Assembly (NCBI RefSeq): GCF_006345805.1
Contig: NC_043009.1
Span: forward strand, 49,290,001-49,354,000
Direction: 5' to 3'
DNA length: 64,000 bases
DNA from: Octopus sinensis
Lineage: Eukaryota
Below, one piece after another: positions 51,856-64,000 of this stretch. The notes beneath the pieces are model-generated. The model was not told where the DNA came from. It saw only the letters and a list, made by a program, of their open reading frames with translations, and did not search any database. Every line of letters starts with the position of its first letter. Positions within the stretch are counted from its first letter, which is position 1. Position numbers and translations under genes: made by a program.

Positions 51856-53659
51856 TGACACACAAAAAAGGTGCATATACATATACTCACATCAACTGAC
51901 AACAGATAATACAAATACAAGTTAGCTCTGCTCCCTTGCTGACATATTACAAGCATACTTACAAGTATGCGTGCAATGTGTACACATAAATACCCACACA
52001 AACATGCACACATGTACACATACACACGACACAAACCACATGCATACACAGACACAAAAAGGAAATGATGAAAAGAAAAGAGAAGAGAAGAAGTGAGAAA
52101 AATGAAATAAACAGAATCAGACAATTCACACAAATGTTCAAACACACATATACTAAGGTCCTGAACAGAAACGGCTTCAATGATAGAATTGAATACATCC
52201 CTTCACAAAGATCTGCTAATACTACAAAGGCCAAGAAAATGTAAGTTATATAGTATATTCTGCCTTCAGTTTCAATGTGATATCTAACATTGCCAAATCC
52301 TTCCTAACTTTAATCAATACATTTTACAGCTATATGCTCAAATTATGTTACAGCTGCATGGATAAATTTGGTCTCACTTTTTTTCTTTTTTTAGTGAGAA
52401 TTAATTGGAAGAAATTAATTTCTTCCCCCACACATAATTTCTCAGCTCACTGAAACAGGTGTACATGCTCTTTATGTGGTATGTGTCTTCAGAAAAATTT
52501 CATTATGCATCAAGGTTTTCACAAATGATAAAACAATAATATGTAGGCCTTACCCGTAATACATTCAAAACCAGATATACTCAACATACACACACATTTA
52601 GATATGATGATAGTAGAAGACACTTGCCCGAGGTGCAACACAGTGGGACTGAACCCAGAACCATGTAGTTCGTAAGCAAGCTACATATCACACAGCCACT
52701 CCTATGCCTAAAAGTAATCTTATTAAAGATTACTTTAGGTTATACTCAATGGTATTTGCTTCTACCGAATTCATAAATTAAATAAATTAATTAAATCTAC
52801 TTGTTAAAAGAGGCAGTTGTAAGGGTCTATCATGTTTACTATACAACCTCATCATGGATAGTAAATGAGGGATCTAGTGGACGACACCATTTCTAGTGTT
52901 TAATCTACTTAACCCTCATCAGAAATTAGATGCCATTGCTGAGATTGCAGTTAGAGCTAATTTTGTTATGCTTCTAACTAACTCAGATAAACTAGTTTGA
53001 ATAGTAGACACTTTTCCAGTCGTTAAGCCCAAAGTAGATTTTAGTACGGGAAACCAGCACTGATGGCGCCCCAGTAGTATATGTCACAGTTCCTAATCGC
53101 TATTACTATCAATGAATATACATACATACAAATATGCATACGTAAGTACATTTATACACACACACACAAACACACACATACCACACACACACACACACAA
53201 ACATACACACACACACAGAGTTAAGTCTGATTTATTCATCATATTCAAAATTAGAAGAATAAGCTTTCTCTCTTCTCTTTCCCTCTCTCTCTCCCCTCTT
53301 CCTTTCTCCCCTTCTACCTCTCCTTTTCTCCCCTTCTCCCTTCTCCTCTTCTTCTCTCCTTATCTCTCCCTCTTTCCTCCTATCTCTCTCTCTCCTCTCC
53401 TCTCCCCTATCATTCCTTCACTCACCCCCTCTCAAAATTTGTATACTTTTTCTCTTCAAGAATTTGATTATTTTGTTTAGTTCAATTGAAAATATCACCC
53501 TTTCCCATCCATCTAACCACACCACCTTTCTCTGATAACTTTTGGTGGTTGTCCTTGAGAAGGCAGCACCCATTATGCATGTATACAAACATGTGCACAT
53601 TGATTACAGATATCTTATCACAGATGTCTGCTACAAGTCACAGATGATTGCTCCAGTTA

Positions 53660-54851
53660 AAATGTATACCAAAGAGTAAATTTATTCAATAAAATCGTCA
53701 TTGACTTCAACAGCAGCCTTCAAACGACTTCATAATCTCCTGCAGCTCTTCTGAATAGTCTCCTTGTTTTAAGTTGGTGAATGCTGCCATAATCCTTGCC
53801 TTCAATTCATCTTTGGTGTTACAAGGAATTTTGTGAGTCTCTCACTCAATTGTGCCCCATACATTATAATTAAGGGGGTTGCGGTCTGGGGAGTTAGGTG
53901 GCCAGATGTTAGGGATGATGTGGTCGCAGAAATTGTCTGACAGCCATAACTGGCTTCTCTTGATTGTGTAGCATGGTGCAGAGTCCTGTTGCCAGACATA
54001 GGATCTTCCAGCAGCCACCCTCTTGACCCAGGGCAGCACTACCTCCTCCAGGCACATGATATAGGCCTCTGTGTTGAGTGTGAGACCGTGTGGCAAGATG
54101 AATGGAGGCATAAGGTTGCCATGACTAGCGATCACTCCAAACACTATGATGTTGACTGGATGTTTGATTTCTGTCGTTCTTAGTAAATGTTTTGGGGACA
54201 CGGCAAGCCAACGGTTGTTCTGTATATTCAGCATCTGATCCTGGCAGAGACTGTTCTCGTCTGAGAAAAACCAAAGCATGTTTGGTTGGAGGGATGTATG
54301 AGTTTGTTCAAAAGCTTTGTAGCACAATCTTTCCTCTTGTCCTTGATGACTTGGGATAAAAATTGGCCCTTTCTCATCTTGTATGAGGGATACTGAATGT
54401 CTTTATGCACTTCTTTTCTGATTAGAAACTCAGACACTGCCATGTGCCTGGCGAGGGACCTGAGTAACTTGGAGGGATCATTGTCAATCATAGCCTGGGA
54501 TCTCGCTAACAAATTCAGGAGTTCTTTTCTCATCAGAACGATCAGAGTGAGTTTTCCGAACTGCTGTACCTTTGTATTAACCATTAGACTCATCCAACTC
54601 TTTCTGAATCCTCTGCACTCTCCTCAGATTGACTCCCAAAAACTCTGAAATGTTCAAATTGGAGCTTCCGGTGCGAATGCCAAGCCATACAGCATGTCAT
54701 TTTCCAAATTTCTGGTAGAGTGAATTGCATCATAGTGCTTGTGCCCAACTGACCCTACTATACCGTGTAGTCGACAAAATCAAAAATAAACGATATGTCT
54801 GTGCGACATTAAAAATATATAATGGTGACAATTTACCTATCACATCCTGTA
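53660..54851 (-). mobile_element. Decayed DD37D (maT-type) Tc1/mariner transposon
   Basis: WFFSDE...VFGVI...YVWQQDSAPC...WPPNSPDRNPLNYNVWG with 37 residues between D and the third (D>N) site; stop at 53682-53684; one end tacaggatgtgatag (54851), other TIR not found. Confidence 0.88.
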
Positions 54852-54879
54852 TTTCCTTCCAGTCTTTCAAAATGTGACC

Positions 54880-55078
54880 GCGTATGTACCGTTGGCGATT
54901 TTTTTCCTCTGTCTTCCCTTCTCTGGATCTTTCCTTCTCCTATGTTTCCAATGAAGAGCTCCGCTCAAAACGTTAAACCCTCCTTCTTTCCTTCTTTCCT
55001 GAGCGTCCAATAATTCTATATTTGTTCCACGTCCTCGCGTTGTTGAGTTTTTTTGTGCTTTCTTGTTTGGATTAACTA
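54880..55078 (+). mobile_element. Repeat G, probable Penelope-like terminal repeat with a decayed minimal hammerhead
   Basis: Second copy at 45049-45143; gttt-ccaatga-a-gagc-tcc-gctc-aaaa-cg-tt-aaac at 54944-54978. Confidence 0.5.
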
Positions 55079-55099
55079 TATATATATATATATATATAT

Positions 55100-55138
<39 letters not shown>

Positions 55139-55225
55139 CATAGATAGATAGAGATATACATATACATATATACACACTTATGTATTTGCATGTGTTTGGC
55201 TGTGTGTATTTGTGTGTATGTGTGT

Positions 55226-55750
55226 GATGTATTTAAAGAATTAAGATTTAATGTCACCCTGTCTACAAATACGATACACGTTAACTCCCGAGATGTTACT
55301 TTATATTACAACACATGTAAACACAAGCCATAGAGAAATCAGAACCAAAATGAAGTGTGCATCGACAACCACCACAACCACCACCATTTTGAAGATCCTT
55401 GTCAGCAATATGAGTAGTAATGTTTTTAGTATATCTTGAGAGAAACCAACATTTGACAGAGATGCAATCCAAGATAAGAATTTTAAAAAGCACTGGAGAA
55501 CAGTAGATTTTGAAAAAATAAACAAATGATATTTATCTTCAAAACTGAACCATTTAAAACTAATGAAAATAAAATCAGTAGAAAATCTTTAACGTTAACA
55601 TAATCTGGTTCAACCCATCATACAACCTCTTGTGAAACTGAATACTGCCCAGAATTTTCTGATTCTGATTCTTAAACATTTTCCCATAAGAAACAACTGT
55701 TTTAAAATATTTAAGTGATAAATCTTAAAGATATACTATAGTTGCGTAAG
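55226..55750 (+). pseudogene. Penelope-like element reverse transcriptase C-terminal/linker fragment
   Basis: DVFKELRFNVTLSTNTIHVNSRDVTL...NIIWFNPSY (frameshift) VKLNTAQNFLILILKHFP...KIFK**ILKIYYSC, matching the PLE VNFLDVTL and IIWFNPP...KHFP...KIFN...SYSC motifs as recalled. Confidence 0.75.
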
Positions 55751-55764
55751 GAGGATGAGGAGTA

Positions 55765-55913
55765 CCACATTTTAACGTGTATAAGGAAAGGGGGGGTTGT
55801 CAAAAATTAGGTTAAGAAATATGGGAGTTTCTTATACATGGATAGTATCATAATCCATTACAAAAACCTTTTCCCAAGTTTTAAGCCCCCAAAATTAGGA
55901 GGTTCTTTATACA
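55765..55913. mobile_element. Second copy of the pogo-like MITE (one TIR truncated)
   Basis: Colinear with 49755-49905. Confidence 0.7.
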
Positions 55914-56220
55914 GTATTTCTGCTACAAAAAAGTATCCCAAACAATTGATTAAATCTAAAAACACTAAAACCACTTCCTTACACATTTGTACACAAAGTT
56001 CTGGAGCCAAGATAATAAGGGAGATAACTGCATTAGTCAAAAGTCAGAGCTGTTTTCCCTCAGAAGTTAATATGAAGCCTAATCCTTCAGTGATTGTGCT
56101 ACTGAATCAGTTGCCAAAGGCACACATTCTGAAATTATCTACTGGAATGTGTTCAAGAGACAGTACTTAAAATAAGTCCACTTTTAGACATGTAGACAAA
56201 CAAAATACCACCACATGAGT

Positions 56221-56253
<33 letters not shown>

Positions 56254-56742
56254 AACATTGATAATTTTAATATTAGCTGATTTTTAATGAATTTCAGTGT
56301 TACATACACTACTTATGCAAATTTCTGTAGCCTCTGCAATAGTGTGGAGTACTTCATCATCATCAAACAACAGACATCTTAAATGAAAAGACAGAACTAA
56401 TCTCTAAATGTTGACATGAGAGCAAGTAAGTCTTTACTAATATTAAGAAGTGTTGATACAGATTAAAGTAAACAACTGTGTAGTTTGTAGACCACCAGCT
56501 TATGTTCAAAGCCAGAAGCCAAAAAATGTAACCCAACAAATGCTGCTAAAAAAAGGAGTGAAAATGTAATTTACTTCACCAGCCAGCCAGCTAGCCAGCC
56601 AGATTCATCTGAGGAAAGCTTATGAAAAGGGACCAGAAACTGTAACTATATGATCTTTGATGAAACTGTAAGAAGTTAAATATTTACTCATGGAAAGTAT
56701 TCAAATAAGTTCTAAAGTGTTTTTTAGGTTTTCGAAAATATT

Positions 56743-56773
<31 letters not shown>

Positions 56774-56983
56774 TGTGTGTGTGTGTGCATGTGTATGTGT
56801 GTGTGTGTATACATACAGATACGCATGTATATATTTATATACAATTTATAGATACATATATATATATGTGTGTGTGTGTATGTATATATGTATATATATA
56901 TATATATATGCATATATATACATATATGTGTGTGTATGTATATGTGTATGTATATATATATATATGCATATATATCTATGATA

Positions 56984-57023
<40 letters not shown>

Positions 57024-57476
57024 CATATATACATATGCATATGCATGCATATATGTGTTTGTGTTTATATGTGTGTGTGTGTGCATGTGTGTGTGCACGT
57101 GTGTGTGTGTGTGTGTGAACATGTAATGTGTTTTTCTGAAGATGCTTGTGTTTTGTATGTACAATAGATTATAATACAGAAAATATCCAAGAATGTGTGT
57201 GAAAGGGAAAGATATCTGAAGGTGTGAGAAATTTTCTTACTCTAGAGTTTGCATATGTGTGAGTGTGTATGGGACTGCATGTGCGTGAGTGTGTGACTGT
57301 ATGCGTGTGTGTGTGTGTTCTGTGTATTTTCCTCTGTATTTGCAAACATTACACTTTCCCAGTAAACCGTGTAAACATTTAACTTTGGGATTTAACACAA
57401 GTACACAGTTCCAACCCGTCATAATACTTTGCACAAAAATAACTACATCACTATGGCAACACACACATACACACAC

Positions 57477-57516
<40 letters not shown>

Positions 57517-57921
57517 CCAAAAACTTTTTTCGTGTCTCACCAGTACACCTGTTACTCTTGTCTTTCCCAAGTTTCTAATTTCAACATCTAATATCGCTAA
57601 ATATTGAACCTATTAACAGTTCGGTAATTTAATTTTTTTCTGTTCTTTAGAGATTTTACATAATTGTATTCTGTTGTTTTAAAATAACATTAAGATGCTG
57701 GCATGGCTTTGCAAGTTCAACCCCACTAAACAGCACCACAAATTAATATCTACTACTCTCTTCAGCCAAATAGGAGTTGATGATTGCCTTCGTTATCTTA
57801 CAGTTGCCTCTTATAGCAGAAACAGTAGTAAACTAATGAAGGGGATTATGTGATTCCAGCCCCTTTTTTTGTCATTCATTAATTGATACATGCATACATA
57901 CATACATACATACATACAACA

Positions 57922-57952
<31 letters not shown>

Positions 57953-57964
57953 GTATGTATGTGT

Positions 57965-58271
57965 ATATCACCATGACCGACCAGGCTATCAGATGTTGCT
58001 ACACATCGCTGGTCACAATGTGCTTCACATTGTTTTTTAGCCTTCAAATGACGCCACCCCGCTGGCTAAGCGAGCAGGCCAATAGAAGAAAGAGTGAGAG
58101 AGAGTTGTGGCAAAAGAGTACAGCAGGGATCGCCACCACCCTCTGCCGGAGCCTCGTGGAGCTTAGGTGTTTTCGCTCAATAAACACTCACAATGCCCGG
58201 TCTGGGAATCAAAACCACGATCCTACGACCATGAGTCCGCTGCCCTAACCACTGGGCCATTGTGCCTCCAC
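57965..58271 (-). mobile_element. tRNA-derived SINE family F
   Basis: Minus-strand head gtggaggcacaatggcccagtggttaggg...ggttttgattccc; CpG-rich; flanked by TA/CATA runs. Confidence 0.75.
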
Positions 58272-58286
58272 ATATGTATATAATAT

Positions 58287-58348
<62 letters not shown>

Positions 58349-58659
58349 ATGTGTGTATATATATATATTATATATATATATATATACACATACATACACA
58401 CACACATGCACATATATACATACACAGATATATATATGCATGCATGTATGTATGCATATATTTGTGTGTGTTTCTGTGTATACATATATATATATATATA
58501 TATATGGCGGTGCTCTAGCACGGCCACAGTCAAATGATTAAAACAAATGGAGTGCTAACTAAGGACCTGACTTGTGCATGTAGTGTATTTGCGTATGGTC
58601 TGGTGGAATATTCAACTTTGCTGAGACTGTTGCAAAGGGAGTGTTTGTAGAGTATCAGT

Positions 58660-59608
58660 GAAATATGATGAAGATCATGAAAGTCATGTTGAAGATGAGA
58701 CTGATATGATGGTGATGAATGAGTGTGATGGTGATGGTGATGGTCGTCAACATGACACGGATGTCAAGGAACATGACAATCGTGAAAATGCTGTTGCTGC
58801 TACTGATCTTTATGATGATGATGGTGGTGGTGATGATGATGATGATGATGATGATGATAATGATGACAATGATGATGATAATAAAGACTATGATGATGAT
58901 GACGATGATGATGATGAAAACAAAAATAATGATGATGATGATGATGAAGATGATGATGATGATGATGATAAAGACACGGATGATGATGATGATAATGATG
59001 ACAATGATGATGATAATAAAGGCTATGATGAAGATGATGATGATGATGAAAACAAAGATGATAATGATGATGATGATGATGATGATAAAGACACTAATGA
59101 TGATGATGATGATGACGACGACGATGTCAACGACAACGACGACGACAATGATGACAAGGATGGTGCTGATGCTGATGATAGTGATGACAATTATGATGGT
59201 GTGATGAGGATGATAAAAATGATGATGATGATGATGATTTATTAAATGATGAGAGAATATATTCAATAAAACTGAATGTCTTTTAGTTTAACAAATGACA
59301 ATTCATTGTGTCTAAATGTTAATTGAGAGAAATAGAACAAGGCCGGAATTTAATATCAAACACAGTAACATCTTCATTCAGTCAGCTTTGGTACTAAGTT
59401 CTAGATTAATTAGTAATTTATTAATATGTTTAGTTTGTCATTAGTAATATTATAGTCATATTAGTATAGTTATTAAAATTGTTGTTATAGTTGTATTAGT
59501 ACAGTTAGTCGTATATTAGTTATATTGCATCATTATTAGTTTATAAATTGATATTAATTGAAGGTATTCTTTAGTTGTATTATTTAAGTCTTACATCATT
59601 GCCATCTT

Positions 59609-59643
<35 letters not shown>

Positions 59644-60040
59644 ACATCACTACCACCATCACCATTGTCTTCATCATAATAATCATCATCATCATCATTG
59701 TTATCATCAACATCATCATTATCAATGTCATCGTCTGTCATCATCCTTGTCATTGTCTTCATCATCGCCATCATCATCATCATCATCATTATCATCTCCA
59801 GCATCATCATGATTATCATCATCATTCTCATCATTGTCGTCGGTGTTATTATCATCATCAACAATGTCATCGTCATTGTCATTGTCATCATCATCAGCAT
59901 CATCTTCATTATCATCATTTTCATCATCATTACCGTTATTATCCACCTCCTTCTCTCCTCCTCCTTCTCCTCCTCCTCAACATCATCATCATCATCATCT
60001 TCATCATCATCATCAACAGAATCATCACCATCATCATCAA
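58660..60040. repeat. (GAT)n array and (CAT)n array
   Basis: Direct reading. Confidence 0.95.
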
Positions 60041-60234
60041 TAAATATTTAGCATTCTGTGTTATAGAATTGATTAAATCAATATATAGGTTATTGAACTG
60101 GCTGACAGGTCTCCCAGTTTCTATCCTGTTATCAGTGGTTCACTGTTGCATCAATGAGGCTGATCCCTTAACTCTTGTGGCCCCATGCAGTGGTAAGGTA
60201 TATTGCTGTAGGCAGCCATGACATCTGAGGAGTG

Positions 60235-60625
60235 TCAGTGTGGTAAGTAGCTTGCTTACCAACCACATGGTTTCGGGTTCAGTCCCACTGCGTGGCACTT
60301 TGGGCAAGTGTCTTCTACTATAGCCTTAGGGCCAACCAAAGCCTTGTGAGTGGATTTGGTAGACGGAAACTGAAAGAAGCCCATTGTATATATGTATATA
60401 TGTGTGTGTGTGCATGTGTATGTTTGTCCCATCAACATCGCTTGACAACCGATGCTGGTGTGTTTATGTCGCCGTAACTTAGCAGTTCGGCAAAAGAGAC
60501 CGATAGAATAAGTACTAGGCTTACAAAGAATAAGTCCTGGGGGCGATTTGCTCGACTAAAGGCGGTGCTCCAGCATGGCCACAGTCAAATGACTGAAACA
60601 AGTAAAAAGAATAAAAAAGAATAAA
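60235..60625 (+). mobile_element. SINE A full-length copy
   Basis: Family match. Confidence 0.88.
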
Positions 60626-61324
60626 GAAAAAGAACTGAAATAGCATTAGATTACAATAGCTATCAGTGTATAATACTTAAAGCATATACACTATTTCTTT
60701 TTTTGTAATTACTTTTCAAAGTTGAATTTCATTTTTTAAAATAATATTTGGATTTACATTTTTTTTTTCTTATTTGATAAAAGTGAGGATTGGTAATAAT
60801 GGGTCAGCCAGTTGCCATGGACCCTCTTTGAAGGGATTTTCATTTTTCTCATTTAAAATTTTTTTTTTTTTTTTTATAGAGGTAAGCAGAGAAATAGATT
60901 TTGATACAATTCCTCTTCAATTCACGATTAGGTTTCTGAAAGAATTAAGAAGGGGATAAAAGGATTTATATTTAGGAAGGAAGTGGCCTAAAGTTCTTCC
61001 AATATTACTGTCATGGAAGAATGTTTTTGTGAGAAGAAGAAAACCCAAGAAGGGAACATGTGCCAGTATGTGTACATATACGTGTATGTATATGTGTATG
61101 CATGCTTGCATTTATATGTGTGTGGGTGTGTGTGTGTGTTTGTGTTTATGTGCGTGTGCCTGTGTACCTATGCATGTGTATGTGTGTGCATACACATGCA
61201 TGTGTAGATGTATATGTGTGTGTACACACATATGCAAACTCTGTGTGTGTGTATGTGTGCGTGTGTGTATGTGTGCGTGTGTGTATGTGTGCGTGTGTGT
61301 ATGTGTGCGTGTGTGTATAGAAAC

Positions 61325-61529
61325 ACATGCATGTGTTTATGCATATGAATGGATGCACCCTCACCATGCCTCTGTGTGTGAGTGTGTGTGCAGATACACA
61401 TGCATGTGTGTATGCATATGTGTGTATGCACTTGTGTGTATGCACCTTCACCATGACTGTGTGTCTATGTGTGTGTGCATGTGTGTGTGTATAGATACAC
61501 ATTCATGTGTGTATGCACCCTCACCATGC

Positions 61530-61564
<35 letters not shown>

Positions 61565-61830
61565 GATACACATGCATGTGTGTATGCATATGTGTGCATG
61601 CACCCTCACTATGACTTTGTGTTTGTGTGTGTGTGTATATATACATATACACATTCATGTGTGTATGCACCCTCACCATGCCTCTGTGTGTGTGTGTATG
61701 GATACACATGCATGTATGTATGCATATGTGTGCATGCATCCTCACCATGCATCTGTGTGTGTGTGTATGGATACACATGCATGTATGTATGCATATGTGT
61801 GCATGCATCCTCACCATGCATCTGTGTGTG
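61325..61830. repeat. ~65-70 bp minisatellite built on a (TG)n backbone
   Basis: Recurring atggatacacatgcatg...gcaccctcaccatgcctctgtgtg. Confidence 0.8.
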
Positions 61831-62247
61831 AGGGGGGGGCATCTTGAAAGTATTGCATTTCTGAAAATCTTGCTTTTCTCGTGAAATTCTGTAATGCAAA
61901 AGCCATTTTCCCATTGACTTCCACATTACAGGGAGGTCAATGGAAAATAGGTTTGGCATTATGGTATTCAATATTCCAACAAAAATTTTTTTTTGAGGAA
62001 TGCAATGCTTCTGTAACATGGAATGAAAAAGAAATAATAGTTATAGCTGAAAATCTGCAAACTGTTGATGAAAACACGAAAGGATAAAAAAAAAAGGAAC
62101 TGAAATAATCTCAAAAAAAAAATTGAAGACTCAACATAAAACCACAAAAAGAAATAAAGAGTTACCATTTCTTCAAAAGAAGAATATTACCCCAACCTCA
62201 GGAAAATAACAAACAAAATACACAGGGTGTAAAAAACTAAGGTTCAC

Positions 62248-62880
62248 CTGGCTGTATGGTAAGAAGTTTGCTTCTCAACCACATAGTTCCAGGTTCAGTC
62301 CCACTGCGTGGCGCCTCAAGCAAATGTTTTCTACTATATATTTCTTTACTACCCGCAAGGGGCTAAACATAGAGGCGACAAACAAGGACAGACAAAGGGA
62401 TTAAGTCGATTATATCGACCCAGTGCGAAACTGGTACTTTATTTATCGACCCCGAGAGGATGAAAGGCAAAGTTGACCCCGGCGGATTTTGAACTCAGAA
62501 CGTAACAACAGATGAAATACCACTACGCATTTTGTTCGGCGCGCTAACGTTTCTGCCAGCTCGCCGCCTTTTCTACTATAGTCTTGGGCTGACCAAAGCC
62601 TTTTGAGTGAATTTGGTAGATGGAAACTGAAAGAAGCTTGTCGTATATATTTATATGTATATGTATGTATGTATTTGTGTGTCTGTGTTTCCTCCCCACC
62701 ACCATCGTTTGACAAACCGATGTTAGTGTGTTTATGTCCCCATAACTTGTCAGTTCGGCAAAAGAGACTGATAAAATAAGTACTAGGCTTACAAAGAATA
62801 AGTCCTGGGGTCGATCTGTTCGACTAAGGGCTGTACTCCAGCATGGCCGCAGTCAAATGACTGAAACAAGTAAAAACTAC
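62248..62880 (+). mobile_element. SINE A host interrupted by SINE B
   Basis: Halves rejoin across TSD ttttctactata. Confidence 0.85.
62339..62568 (-). mobile_element. SINE B1 nested in SINE A, 12-bp TSD
   Basis: TSD ttttctactata at 62327-62338 and 62569-62580. Confidence 0.9.
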
Positions 62881-63359
62881 AAAAGGAATAGATTTTTCAA
62901 AAATGAAACAAATTAAAGACAAAGTTATATCTTGTTTTTGAAACTTTCTGAAGAAATTAGAAACGACAAACAAAATGCTCAGATGAATATTTTTCCCAGC
63001 TTTACATCCTGAGTTCAAATTCTACTAAGGTCGATTTTACCATTTTTTGTTTCAGGGTTGATAAAATAAGCACCAGTCGAGTTCTCGGGGGAGGGGGGGT
63101 CAATGTGATCAACTGTTCACATCTGGTGACTAACCAGGGTTCCGCAAGAAGTTACAAAGCTGCTAAAATCAGCAGTAATTTTTAATTCTCCTGTGCAGAT
63201 ATGTGTGCATAAGATTATTAAATTATTGCACTGGGGTTCCTTGAGCCAGTGGAATGTTTCCTTGAGGTTCCGCTCCAGCAAAAAGTTTGAAAAGCACTGT
63301 TTTAATGTAACACAATTATAAAAAATAGTTTCAGATTTAAGCTCAACGATTTAAGGTCA

Positions 63360-63815
63360 ATTACCATCATCACTGCTGCCGCCGCCACCACCACCACCAC
63401 CACCACTATCACTACCACTACTACAATTACTACTACTACTACTACTACTGCTACAATTACTACTATTACTACTACTACTAGTATTACTACTACTGCCATC
63501 ATCACAAACACCTCCTCCACCACAACCACTACTATGATCATCACCACCACACCACCACACAAACCCCCACCACCACTATCTCTACCACTACTACAATTAC
63601 TACTACTACTACTACTGCTACAATTACTACTATTACTACTACTACTACTACTGCTACAATTACTACTATTACTACTACTACTAGTATTACTACTACTGCC
63701 ACCATCACAACCACTACTATGATCATCACCACCACACAAACCACTACCACCACCACTACTACTACCTTACTACTACCACTACTGCTGCTGCTGCTACTAC
63801 TACTACTACTACTTT
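63360..63815. repeat. (ACT)/(ACC) microsatellite with internal longer-period repeats
   Basis: Direct reading. Confidence 0.92.
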
Positions 63816-64000
63816 GCCTACGCATAAATTTTAAGGGGTTAAAATCGATTTAATTGTCCCCAATATGTACTATATTTAAGCTGCATCCCTGATTCAGTAT
63901 TAAATCTTGGTACAAAATTTTTGTCCCTTTGTGTTCAACCTTCATATAAGTTTTGCTCCATATTTAAGTCAAATCCTAAAAAGTCACCGAAACCTGCATG

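Noticed and set aside
52860-53110. Protein-like frame WTTPFLVFNLLNPHQKLDAIAEIAVRANF
   Set aside because: Short, stop-bounded and with no recognisable family; it cannot be supported without a search.
55838-56170. 110-aa ORF
   Set aside because: It starts inside a MITE and has no recognisable motif.

Overview
AT-rich, repeat-saturated eukaryotic non-coding DNA. The SINE and microsatellite landscape is most consistent with an octopod cephalopod (Octopus); this is inference from pattern recognition, not a database hit. I found no supportable host-gene exon, rRNA, intact tRNA gene or CRISPR array, and almost all listed ORFs are microsatellite read-throughs. The window contains: (i) at least six tRNA-like SINE families, labelled A, B, C, E, F and H here; (ii) LINE fragments: two CR1-type copies, one CR1/L2-type 3' end that shares its terminal stem-loop with SINE A, several R4/Dong-type restriction-like-endonuclease 3' ends lying in (TAA)n arrays, and a Penelope-like RT fragment; (iii) DNA transposons: a full-length decayed DD34D mariner with TIRs and TA TSDs, a DD37D-type element, piggyBac-like and pogo-like MITEs, and a Helentron-type HINE; (iv) many micro- and minisatellites, a 1.57-kb tandem duplication, two kb-spaced inverted duplications and a 100-N gap. 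The most striking feature is a 318-bp near-perfect palindrome (45563-45880) whose arms each encode a complete type I hammerhead ribozyme motif, arranged back-to-back on opposite strands.
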